Under the pieces are notes generated by a model. The model saw only the letters and a program-made list of their open reading frames with translations. It ran no database searches and was not told the origin of the DNA. DNA of 64,000 bases, taken from the NCBI RefSeq assembly GCF_009914755.1, contig NC_060926.1. One strand, written 5' to 3'. Every line of letters begins with the position of its first letter. Position 1 is the first letter of the stretch. A program made the translations under genes and the position numbers. Below, in pieces: positions 12,701-24,367 of this stretch. Source of the DNA: the human T2T-CHM13v2.0 reference genome, Homo sapiens.

Positions 12701-15128
12701 ACTTAAGAGACTTTTAAAACCTATTAGCCCAACTTTAAAATACTGTTGCTACTACTGAATACTTGTAACATATTAAGTCAAATTCTTTAATTACTGTCAC
12801 TGGTTTATTACAAAGCTAACAATTTTAAATATCTATTTTTAAATGAACCTAATAATCTTTTATTTAAGTCAATATCTCCTCAAATGAACCAAGTATTCAC
12901 TAACTAATTAGATCATTTACATCTATAAACTGCTGCTGTCTTCAAACATGTAATAGCTTATAATAAAAGAGGCTCTTTTCATTGGCAATTAAGGAGCAGT
13001 TAACTCTTTACCTTCTGCATTTTAATATTATAAAATGCATAAATCTTTATTTCTGCATTTCTACGTATTTAGCTTTCAAATGAAACAGCTGTTTTGTACT
13101 TAAAAATAATATTTCTTAATATATGTTACTAATTGACAAAATACATAAAACCAATGCTGATAATATTTTCTTCTTTTGGGACACACCTGGTTTATATAGG
13201 AGATTTGGCAACTGTAATCTCATTAATGATAAAACAAGACTACTAAGAAAAATACCTGATTATTTCAAATTATATTCATAAAAGCATTCCTAACTCTGAA
13301 TGTCCTCTTGTGAATTATTTTAGATAAAGGAAAGTCTATCAATTTATTTGTTTCATTTTTCCTGTATCAGATTTACTGTAATAACTTGCTTATCAGTAAG
13401 TGAACCATAAATCTACAGCAGTAACAAATCATTAATGAAACATTAGCAAAGAATGTTAAATGGAGCTATTGGGCAAACATAAATCTTTCTAAAGTCACAA
13501 GTCTTTATCCAAGGAACTAAGTGCTATGATGTTATTGGCAACCTTATAAATCCTAACGAGAGAAAATCAACAAAAGGATCACATTGCAGGCAAACAGTCC
13601 TACTAAAATGTATATTCTTTGAGGGCAGGGGTTTCGTTTGCTGTTACCAATATATCCTCATGCCTAGAAAAGTATCTGGCACATGTAGACAGTGATCAAT
13701 AAATATATATTTGTGAACACCCTATAAGACATCCCATTTTATTTTGTAGCCACATGCAAATAGGAAACGAAAAGAAAAGAGAGAAAAATGAAAATAAGTG
13801 CACATGTAGGTACAATATATCCAACACTACATTTAATTTGCATTTTTTGTATTTTTTGCCCATCCCTCTTCTAGGACATTTTCTCTTCATCTATTCTGTT
13901 CCTCTCACCCTTTTCCATTCAAAGTAAAAATCAGAGTCAATTTTCTTCATTTTCTGGGAAACATGTTAATTCATATTTGGGGTGCTGATACAAACAGAAT
14001 TTGCCTTCTATTATTTTCCTTCCAAACTGGATGCAGGTCTGTTTCAAATGCAAGAAGTAAAAGCAAATTTAAATATAATTATCATTCTTGCTTCTTCAGA
14101 ATGCATTTTTCTGGAAAAGTAGGGATCGTGTATTTGGAAAAGCTTTAAATGGCACCTACTGAATATACTCACTATCAGTAAAACAGAACAAAACGGAACA
14201 ATTAATTTTGGACCAAGGATAATACACAATTCTGAAAAAATTAACAACTGGATACATACAAAGGCTGCAAATACCAACAGGAATCTAATGGCATTTGAAC
14301 AGCATCTAACAGCATTTCGAATAAGGTTTTTTTTTCCCTGTGTTCTTCACTGATGGAACACCAATATTCAAACCAGTGCCTGAAATGTAGTAGGCAATCA
14401 ATAATTATGTCCTGATTGAATTAACATACTTCCAAGTTGTGCAAATGCCACATTTAAAAATCATATTCTTCAAAAATTTTAGGCACAAGATTGAAATAAG
14501 CTAATTAGAGTTAATTGTAGGTGAGGGCAATTAATCACATACACAAAATACCTCATATTTTGGGTTTGTGTGCTCAGATAAACCAATAGAATGTTTTTTT
14601 ATTTTTAAATAAATAGTGAAAGAGTATACCCATCATTCACCAAGAAAGCCACATGGCTGGCTATCATTCAAAACTTTAAACTTCAAAATACTATAGAAGT
14701 ATTGTACTATTAAAATATCTCTTTTAAGATTAAATTTGCCTTGATTTTATTTTGAAGTGCTGAGCTTAAACAGACAAGGTTTTCAAATATTTCATTAACT
14801 TGTTCATTTAAACTAAAAAGTGAAAATCCTATGTAATTAGCAGACGATCTACTCAGCTTGGGCCAGAGGAGGGTTATGGAATCAAGACTATCATTTAGCA
14901 TCTAACAAACCAAAACAAAATCTTTTGTAAAAGTCCACAAACCTCTAATGAACAACATACACACATTTCATATTCAAACGGAATGCATTATGTTAAGCTA
15001 GTCTCAAAGGAAGCTGTAGTGCCTAAGATCAGAAAAATGTTCCAATTTAGAAAAGACACATATGCAGAAAAGCCCACTATCATAAATAATATAGGATGAA
15101 AATGAAGGAATAAAATCCACAGGCTCAC

Positions 15129-15448
15129 CTGGCTAATGGGTTCTTTTGTCGGGGGCTTTCCTCTTCTGGCTGTGCTAGTAGCCAGGGTCGTGGTAGTCTC
15201 CATAATTGATGTGGACATCTCTGATTGCATGGCAGTGGCTGTTGACTCAGTTGTCATAGAGGAAGGCACTTCACCAACCAGTCTCACATTTCCCACTATG
15301 GCGATGTTGGCATCGTTTTCGGCTGCCATATTCAGAACTTTCAAGCCATTGTAGTACAGCCCAGAGAGCTGGCCCTGGAAGGGCTGGCCCTGCTCTTTCC
15401 CGCCAATTATTATGGTTGCTTGGCTATTGAAGATTGTGAGCTGACGCC
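15129..15448 (-). CDS. NRXN1: NRXN1 coding exon, 320 nt, C-terminal part of LNS6 plus Ser/Thr-rich O-glycosylated stalk
   Basis: Acceptor ttttacag/GGCGT, donor CAG/gtgagc; phase 1 start, phase 0 end. Encodes (G)[16 protein letters not shown]...[49 protein letters not shown], within ORF 14988..15476. Confidence 0.97.
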
Positions 15449-16679
15449 CTGTAAAAATAATATTACATACATGCAAAAATGTTGATTGTGAACTCTATAT
15501 CTACAATGGATGATAAAACAGATCTTTTATGGGGTGAATAATGAGAGCAATAAACTATAAGAGAGGCATTTGACTCATAATTCATTGCTTATAAATGAGG
15601 TGTCCATGAAATGCATAATTATTGGCAAATACTTGTAAATTCTCAACTTATTATAAATGTAGTGCTTTTGCTAAAAGACCAATCAAAGATATATGTTACA
15701 AATCAGTTTTTAGTGGATCCCTTTTCCCTTTTACATCAAGATCTTATATTGTTGGTGTCTAAAGTCTAAATTGTTAAATTTTAAAAATGTAAGACAACAT
15801 TTCAAGTATTTGTCATTCTGAAATTACCACTGACAGAAACTAATACATAGCAGCTGAAATCTAATTTAAATTTTATGGTAAAAATTTCATAATTCACATA
15901 ATGTCCACATATATCTATATGTTATTCTTTAGTGCTGTTTATTTTTTGAAGGCAATTATTCATTGTTATTTGAATTATTCTATTTTTCCGGCAATCACAC
16001 TGAAAAGAAATTCATGGTTTACACTGAGCATGTCAGAGACAAAAAAATTCCAAAAATATTTTTCTGATTGGCTTTCAGCAAGTCTATCAAAACAAAACAA
16101 AATGAAAAAAAAAATAGCTTCAGATGTAAAAAGCGGCTTCAGGAATGATACACAAACCGATGGAGAAATTATGGCACATTTCCATCAAACAGCAATCCTT
16201 AATAACAGTACCATTATCATCAAATTGAGTATCCAGTTTTAGCAGATTGCTCTCTGCTCATAAAAGCATGCACACAACTTTAAGTTCAGTTTTAATATGG
16301 GCTTGTTCCCAAATCCTCTTAGAAGGTTGCAAATGTTAAAGGGACTTCATTATGACCGGCAATTCATATTGCCCACTATTTAAGATTCCTAGAGTTTAAA
16401 CAAAGAGTTTTTGTTTTTTTCAGGACCATAATAAAGATATCAGAACTACATATATTTTAGTTAATAATTTAGAGGCTGGAACATGTAATATAGTCTATGA
16501 ATGATTTATCATTTTGGGTTAATGCTTGCTGTGAGTACCCTCATAGATTGAGTTAGTGGATTATATTTAACAGTCCCTTTAACCTTAAGTTAACTGGGTA
16601 AGATTATTAAACAGCTGGTACGTCTAAAAATGTATAGAAATTATTATACAAGGTATGCAAATATTACTATCTACATTTT

Positions 16680-16811
16680 ACTGTTTTAAAGTTGTTTTTA
16701 ATTTAGTTTTACGGAAAATTTATTTTTTATGTTTATTAGTGTTACAATGAAGTACTACTTGGTTATGTTCAAATTATTTTTTTATTTGAAGTTTTAATCA
16801 ATGTTTTTTAC
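16680..16811 (-). promoter_or_regulatory. AU-rich UWAA cluster downstream of SS4: probable STAR-protein (SAM68/SLM1/SLM2) splicing response element
   Basis: The sense RNA after the donor is dense in UAAA/UUAA (gauuaaaac, caaauaaaaaauaau, cuaauaaacauaaaaaauaaau, guaaaacuaaauuaaaaac, uuuaaaac). KHDRBS proteins are established regulators of neurexin SS4 via such motifs. Confidence 0.7.
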
Positions 16812-16901
16812 CTTTGTCGAGTAGCCATTCATCAACTACTCGACCAAGTCGATATGGAATTCGCTGTCTAGCAATCGCCAGGCGCTCGTTATCATTGTTT
16901 C
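16812..16901 (-). CDS. NRXN1: NRXN1 alternatively spliced site 4 (SS4/AS4) cassette exon, 90 nt, 30-aa insert
   Basis: Acceptor ctttaaag/GAAAC, donor AAAG/gtaaaa; phase 1-1 symmetric. Manual translation gives (G)[29 protein letters not shown](G), the known SS4 insert that governs cerebellin versus neuroligin/LRRTM binding. Confidence 0.97.
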
Positions 16902-18834
16902 CTTTAAAGTTTAAAGAGACATTTCATTGGTTAAAATCTGTAAGGTCAAAGGTTAAAAGTTAATACTTAAAGATTGAGCTATACAGTTGCCACATGATTT
17001 TTTGAAATTTGGAATTTTAAAAAGTTCTACCTAGAACATTTCATGTTTCAGACTTGTCATTCATTCATTTATTTTATTTTAGCAAACAAAATTATTCCTA
17101 TGTTAATTGAAAATTAGAAATCTGCATTTGAGCTAGGTTATTAAACTTATGTTATAGACAGACCCGAACAACCAATTTAAACAGCATATAATAGCTTTAC
17201 AAAAAATGACCAATGACCTCAGGGTTTTGTCTTTTTGATGTTTCTTATTAACTAGTTAAACATGTTCAGGTGAAACAGGTTTAAGTTTTCAAAATACATT
17301 CAACCTCTTATTCCAGATTAATAATTTATGATCACCAAACTTAATACCATATTTGGCACACTGAAGCATCTACAATAGGCCTAGCATACTTTATTTCCTA
17401 GTCAGAAAACAGAAATTCTTATTCACCTCATTTAAGAAAACAACAAAGTCCAAATAGTTCTTGTGTATTTCACACAAATTGATTTATCAATCACTTGGAC
17501 ATCACAAGAGAATGCATCTTGCATCATCCAGATACGTTATTACAGGAAAAGGCTTTGACAAAAGTCACTTTATTTGAGTGTCCTTGAGTTTCATTTAAAG
17601 CTTAACATGTTGAAGCAAATAACATTTGAAAAAATAATTATATGTATGTTTTTATATAGTCAAATATCTGCTTTTTATTAAGTTATTCTTTAAAAGCATG
17701 ACAGCTTAAGGAACGAATATAAGCCACAAACAGTGGCCCCTATTCATAGATCTAACCTAAGTGAGAGCCCTGCTTCTTTGCATAAAAAATTATCTGCTAG
17801 AAACACTGTTTAAATTGACCTTGAATATTGCTTGCAAATAGATGAGTGTTTTCTTGATCTGTAGAGCACTTACGAAGAATCTGAGACACCATCTCGGTGT
17901 TGAGTTGTGTATAATGCAAGAAGAGATTTTCTATTCCATTAGAGTTAACTAACATGGAAATTTAAGCCAAGACATTTTGGCATTAGCTCAGATGAGGACT
18001 CAGAGGTGAAAGAAATGTTGAATGGTAGCACTATCTGCATAAAAAGACTGGAGTGTTTTGTTAGAGAAGATAAATGAATAGATTTACATTTTATTCCTCT
18101 GATTTACAATAATTTATAAGTGCTTTCTTTTGCTACTCTTATAATACATTATACTTACCACTAATAAGCCCAGCATAATACTGATTACACACTTTTGGAG
18201 AGAGAGAAAAGAACTATCTTTTAGACCTCATCAATTTGTCATCTGAATGTCTATATGACTGAAAATATTTCACACATTAATATTTAATTTAAAATGTAAA
18301 TATCAAAGTCAAGGCAAATATAAAGTTTAATGAAAACATTACTATGTATTTCTCTGTATTCTGTGATCACTAAAACATTGTAAAATAATATTTTATAATG
18401 TGGGAATATAGTTTTGTTAAACTAATAATTTTTTTAAAAGGACACAAATGGTACAAAATTCCAACCCTGTCTTCATTTTTTAAAAGTGTACAAAATTTGT
18501 GTTCTCTGTTGTGTGTTTGCATATATGCATATTTGGAAATTTTTTTTAATGTAATATTAGTTACTTTAGGACAGTGTGATTATTGATCAATTACATGTTT
18601 TTGGCTAATAAGTGATTTTATATAATAAGCATGTTTGACATGTGTAATTTGAAAAGCAATCACAAAATATTTTCAAAAATACATACCCTTTGCTCTATAG
18701 TCTTATTTGTCACTCAATACTCATACCAACTCACACTGGCATAACACTTCTGACAACTTTATGATTAGGTGGTTCCTCATGTTTTTCATGCTAGAGTCTT
18801 CCAATCATCAGGCATGACCCACATTCTCTCAGAC

Positions 18835-19525
18835 ACCATCCGAATCTAGGTCGCAAATCCCTCTTGCCCAATTACTACTACAGTCTATTGACAGACCTCT
18901 CTACATCTTCTCTGTGATTAATCACACCCATTTTCCATATAAGCCAATATCTAATCATGTCACTTGTCTAGTATAACCCTTCCCATTTCTCTTAGGATAA
19001 AATCTCAGACCCTTAGTGAAATTTGTAAGTACTTCCACAGTCTGGTCCCTTCCTACCTCCCTGTCCCCTCTCACGGCCATCACTGCCTCACTCTGCTCTT
19101 TTTATCCTTATGAGACTTCTTTCAATTCTTCCAAATCTTTTCTTTCTTCTCTCTGGGACTTTGCACATGTAGCTTCCTTTATGGAAAATACTCTCCCTTG
19201 TTCCCACCTCATCTCTATCTTTCATTAGCTAACCATTGCTAATTAATGGAATCTTCTTGGTAGGAACATTGCTTCCCCAGAAGGTATTCCCTGATGTCAA
19301 CAGGTTACATTAGGACACTTGACTATATTATTTGTAGCTCCTGAAACATGCCCTTTAGAAAGAAGCATTGAACCTGTAATGGCAAATTTGATAGTTTGCC
19401 TTCAAACTCTGAATATCCCTCCATGAGGCCAAGTACTATGCTACTATGTGCAGTATTTATTATTTCTTCAGTGCTTACTTGCACAATACCTATCACATAC
19501 AATCCTATGAATATCTGTAGAATGA
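18835..19525 (+). mobile_element. L2 fragment, degenerate
   Basis: Pyrimidine-rich L2-like motifs (tctaatcatgtcact, ggactttgcacatg, aaggtattccctga); boundaries approximate. Confidence 0.55.
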
Positions 19526-20477
19526 GGTAGTCAAGAAAACCTTGTTTTTAGTTCTGGTAGCTTCTGTTGCACTATTAACACATTCTTACAACCTAACAAC
19601 ATTAAAAAGAAAAAGAAAGCAAATACTAGCGTCCAGAGAATAAACCACTTGTAGCTAAGCCTCCCTTTGCACTTTCCAAAGGAAACACCATAAACCTCAC
19701 TTATAATTTTATTTTTTGATGAATTGTCACTGATTTGAACATCTCTACAATCAGTTCATTATTTGTTTAATAATAAATTCCCCATGTCACAAAATTGGTA
19801 AACATAGTTATTATTAGTAGGGAAAGGTTGGGGAAAAAAAGGTCTAAACAAGACAGGTAGAGAAAAATCAAAGCTTTATAGATTATTTTAATGACTTTTA
19901 AAAAGATCACATAAACACATAAATACATTCACACATACATACATAGAATTTGTCCTCAAACATTTGACTAGTACTAATAAAATAATTGTGTGATTGATAT
20001 AGTATGACAGTATGATGTAAGTCAACAGAAGCTTTGGAGATCCTTGCTGAGACTCAGCTAAAGCAAGAACATAAACACTGAATTCCCAATGATTAACAGA
20101 GGTCACCTAACAACAACAATAAAACAATTTAGAAAATCGAATAGGCAGTAGACACAAGTTATGAAAATATGTGATAATATATAAGAAAGGTAGCCACACA
20201 AGGGGGTCATATCTTCCTACTACCCCAGAATATCAGATGCCTACTAATTCAGTGAGCACTGTTTTAAACTGAAGAACTTTTTAATTACAGGACAGACTTT
20301 ATTCTTGTATGGGTAATGAATGGAAAATCAGATGGTGCTTATTCAATTCAATATATGCCTACTTTATTCTCTAAATTCTTTGTTCTCCTACTAGAATAAA
20401 AAACTAATGACTTTGTTCTCCTATTAGAATAAAAAACTAATGACTTTTCTGCTGCAAAATTATATGCAGATACATTG

Positions 20478-22780
20478 TGATATGGTTTAGCTGTGTCTCC
20501 ACCCAAATCTCATCTTGGATTGTCGCTCCCATAATCCCTACAAGTGGCAGGAGGGACCCAGTGGGATGTAATTGAATTATGGGGGTGGGTTTTTCCCATG
20601 CTGTTCTCATGAGAGTAAATAAGTCTCACAAGACCTGATGGTTTTATAAATGGCAGTTCCCCTGCAGATGGTCTCTTGCCTGTCACCAAGTAAGACATGA
20701 CTTTGCTCCTCCTTCACCTTCTGCCATGATTGTGAGGCCTCCCAACCATGTGGAATTGTGAGTCCATTAAACCTGTTTTTCTTTATAAATTACCCAGTCT
20801 TGGGTATTTCTTCACAGCAGTATGAAAATAGACTAATATAGTAAATTAGTACTGGTAAAGTGGAGTACTGTTATTAAGATACCTGAAAATGTGGAATTGA
20901 CTTTGGAACTGGGTAACAGGCAGAGGATGTAACAGTTTGGAGAGCTCAGACAAAGACAGGAAGATGTGGGATAATTTGGAGCTTCCTAGAGACTTGTTGA
21001 ATGATGTTGACCAAAAAGTCTAGGCTGAGGTGGTCTCAGATGGAGATGAGGAACTTATTGGGAACTGGAGCAAAGGAAATTATTGCTATGTTTTAGCAAA
21101 GAGACTGGCAGCATTTTATGCCTGCTCTACAGATCTGTGGAACATTGAACTTGAGAGAGATGATTTAGAGTATCTGGTGAAAGAAACTTCTAAGCAGCAA
21201 AGTGTTCAAGACGTGACTTGTGTGCTCTTAAAAGCATTCAGTTTTATTCATTTATAAAGATACAGTTTGGAATTGGAACTTATGTTTAAAATGGAAGCAG
21301 AGCATAAAAGTTCAGAAAATTTTCAGCCTGACAATGCAATAGAAAAGAAAAACCCTTGTCCTGAGGAGAAATTCAAGCCAGCTGAAGAAATTTGCATAGG
21401 TAATGAGGACCCAAAGGTTAACTGCCAGGACAACGAGGAAAATGTCTCCAGAGCATGTCAGACATCTTCACAACAGCACTTCCTATCACAAGCCAGGAGG
21501 CCTAGGAGGAAAAAATGTTTTTGTGGGCTGAGCCCTGGGTCTTGCTGTTTGTGCAGTCTCAGGACTCAGGTGTCTTGCATCCTAGCTGTGGCTAAAAGGG
21601 GCAAATGTACAGCTCAGGTCGTTGCTTCAGAGGGTGCAAGCCCCAAACCTTGGTGGCTTACATGTAGTGTTGAGCCCGTGGGTGCACAGAAGTCAAGTAT
21701 TGAGGTTTGGAAACCTCTACCTAGATTTCAGAGGATGTATGAAAACACCTGAATGTCCAGGCAGAGGTGTGCTGCAGGGACAGAACCCTCATGGAGAACT
21801 TCTGCTAGGGCAGTGCAGAAAGAAAATGTGAGTGGGAGCCCCCACACAGAGTCTCCACTGGGGCACTACCTAGTGGAGCTGTGAGAAGAGGGCCACTGTC
21901 CTCCAGACACCAGAATGGTAGATCCACTGACAGCTTCCACCATGCACCTGGAAAAGCCACAGACACTTAACATCAGCCCATGAAAGCAGCCAGGAGGGAA
22001 GCGGCTGTACCCTGCAAAGCCACAGAGGCAGAGCTGCCCAAGACCATGGGAACCTTCCTCTTACATCAGCATGACCTGGATGTAAAACATGGAGTCAAAG
22101 GAGATCATTTTGGAGCTTTAAGATTTGACTGCCCCACTGTATTTCAGATTTGCATGGGGCCTGTAGACCCTTCGTTTTGGCCAATTTCTCCCATTTGGAA
22201 CAGATATATTTACCCAATGCCTGCACCCCCACGGAATCTAGGAAGTACCCACCTTGCTTTTGATTTTATAGGCTCATAGGCAGAAAGGATTTGCCTTGTC
22301 TCAGATGAGACTTTGGACTGTGGACTTTTGAGTTAATGCTGAAATGAGTTAAGACTTTGGGGAACTGCTGGGAAGGCATAATTGATTTTGAAATGTGACG
22401 GCATGAGATTTGGGAGGGGCCAGGGATATGGTTTGGCTGTGTCCCCACCCAAATCTCATCTTGAATTCTAGCTCCCATAATCCCCATGTGTCATGGGAGA
22501 CACCCAGTGGGAGGTAATTGAATCATGGGGACAGGTTTTTCTCATGGTGTTCTCATATAGTGAATAAGTGTCATGAGACCTCATGGTTTTATAAAGGCAG
22601 TTCCCCTGCACATGCTCTCTTGCCTGCCACCATGTAAGACATGCCTTTGCTCCTCCTTCGTCTTTCTGACATGAATGTGAGGCCTCCCCAGCCATATGTA
22701 ACTGTGAATGCATTAAACCTCTTTTTCTTTATAAATCACCCAGTCTCTAGTATTTCTTCAAAGCAGTATGAAAATGGAAA
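20478..22780 (+). mobile_element. Full-length THE1D-like MaLR provirus (5' LTR 20478-20840, internal 20841-22424, 3' LTR 22425-22780)
   Basis: Two similar LTRs beginning (t)gatatggttt(a/g)gctgtgtc; internal region starts gtaaattagtac; polypurine tract gagatttgggaggggccaggg; 5-bp TSD cattg at 20473-20477 and 22781-22785. ORFs 21030-22279 are broken THE1-int ORF remnants. Confidence 0.93.
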
Positions 22781-24018
22781 CATTGTGAAGACACATCTAA
22801 ATAAAGTACAGCGACAATGTCTTTTTAATAGATGATTCCCCAAATCCTTCCACCATTAGGTATAAAATAGTTCAGAATGTTTAGGTTCTCCAGCGACTAG
22901 GCCTATATTTTTCCTTTACCTCATGATTTTCATAAAAATGTTGCATACTAAAAGGGGTAATGGAAGTATATTATTTTAAATAATTTCTCAAGATGTATTT
23001 TATTTCTTTACAAATTCATGGTGATATTTACTTGTAAAATATCATTCAGTAGCTTTGCATGATTTTGCTGATTATATTTAATACTGTCCATTGTTCAATA
23101 TACATCTAGACCTTACATGCAATATAAAGGATATAAACCATTTGATTGGGAAAGGTCAAAGGCAAAAATAATTTCCAATGACCTTTTCTTTTCTTTGGAA
23201 AGGTTCAGGATCTAATATCAAATATGCTGGGATATAGAAGCTTTACATACAGCATTTGTGAATGGTCAGTGTAAGCAGGCTTAAGCTGGTAGGTGAGATG
23301 AAAAACAAGTGGAATGTCCCTGAAAATTCAAATCAAAACAAAGTTGAATCTTTCGAAGAAGACATTTTTACCTTCAAGTATTCTAAATCAGAGGTAAGGA
23401 TAAAGCAATAAATGACCCACTTTTCAAAGATCTATACATTCCGGGCTATAAAAAGGGTCCAAAAGGAATTTCATCTCTTTCTAAAAGCATAAAACTCTAC
23501 TATAGCAACATGCTGAGCAAATAGGCTTGATTTATAAAAGCAGAGCCTTCTCATTGAATAGTTAAAAGATAACAATTTAGTCTCACACTTTTCCCATGAT
23601 AAAAGCAAGATAGGATTTTCCTTTGATTTCTTTTTCCTCCAGTTAATTTTGTGTGGTTTGATCTGTTGGTACCTTCACTGAAAATGTCAGTGACAACATA
23701 CATGCCTCTGCCGAAGTAATTTTCAAGCAATGAAACTGCATGTAAAATTTGGTTTTATTTTCCTTTGAATTTCAAAAAGAATTAAGTATTTTTGACAGGA
23801 GGAAAGACTCCCTTCCCCCCAATCCCTGTAGTAATGCCATTGCAACAAGGTACAATCTCTAATTGTAAGGTATTAAATGTCATTGTAAGGTATTAAATAT
23901 CATTAATACTTCAAACAAGTTTCCTGGGGTGAAGAATTCAAAGGAAAATCTGATGGCTTATATTTGGAATGTATACCCTCTATTTTGATTAAATCCCAGA
24001 TAATTTTATTTGCCTATT

Positions 24019-24367
24019 TGTATAGACTGAATGTTTGTATCTCCCAAAATTGATCTATTGAAAACTAATTCCAAATATGATAGTGTCAGGAGGTAAAGCC
24101 TTTGGGAGCTGATTAGGTCATGAGGAAAGAGCTCTCATGAATGGGATTAGTGCCCTTATAAAAGAGGCTCCAGAAAACTCCCTTCCCTCCTTCTGTGATA
24201 CGAGGATACAATGAAAAGATGGTCACCTGTGAAGAATGAAGCAAGCCCTCACTAGAAATGGAATCTTGTACTTCCTAGTCTTCCGAATTGAAAGAAATAA
24301 ACTTTTATTGTTTTTAAGCCACTCAGTTAATAATACTTTATTATCATTGCCCAAATGGACAAAAATA
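24019..24367 (+). mobile_element. MLT1A-like solo LTR
   Basis: tgtatagactgaatgtttgtatctcccaaaatt...gattaggtcatgagg...gaatgggattagtgcccttataaaagaggc...ccaaatggacaaaaata. Confidence 0.8.

Noticed and set aside
21030-22279. ORFs of 75-161 aa on the + strand
   Set aside because: Fragmented remnants of the THE1 internal ORF, not a host gene.
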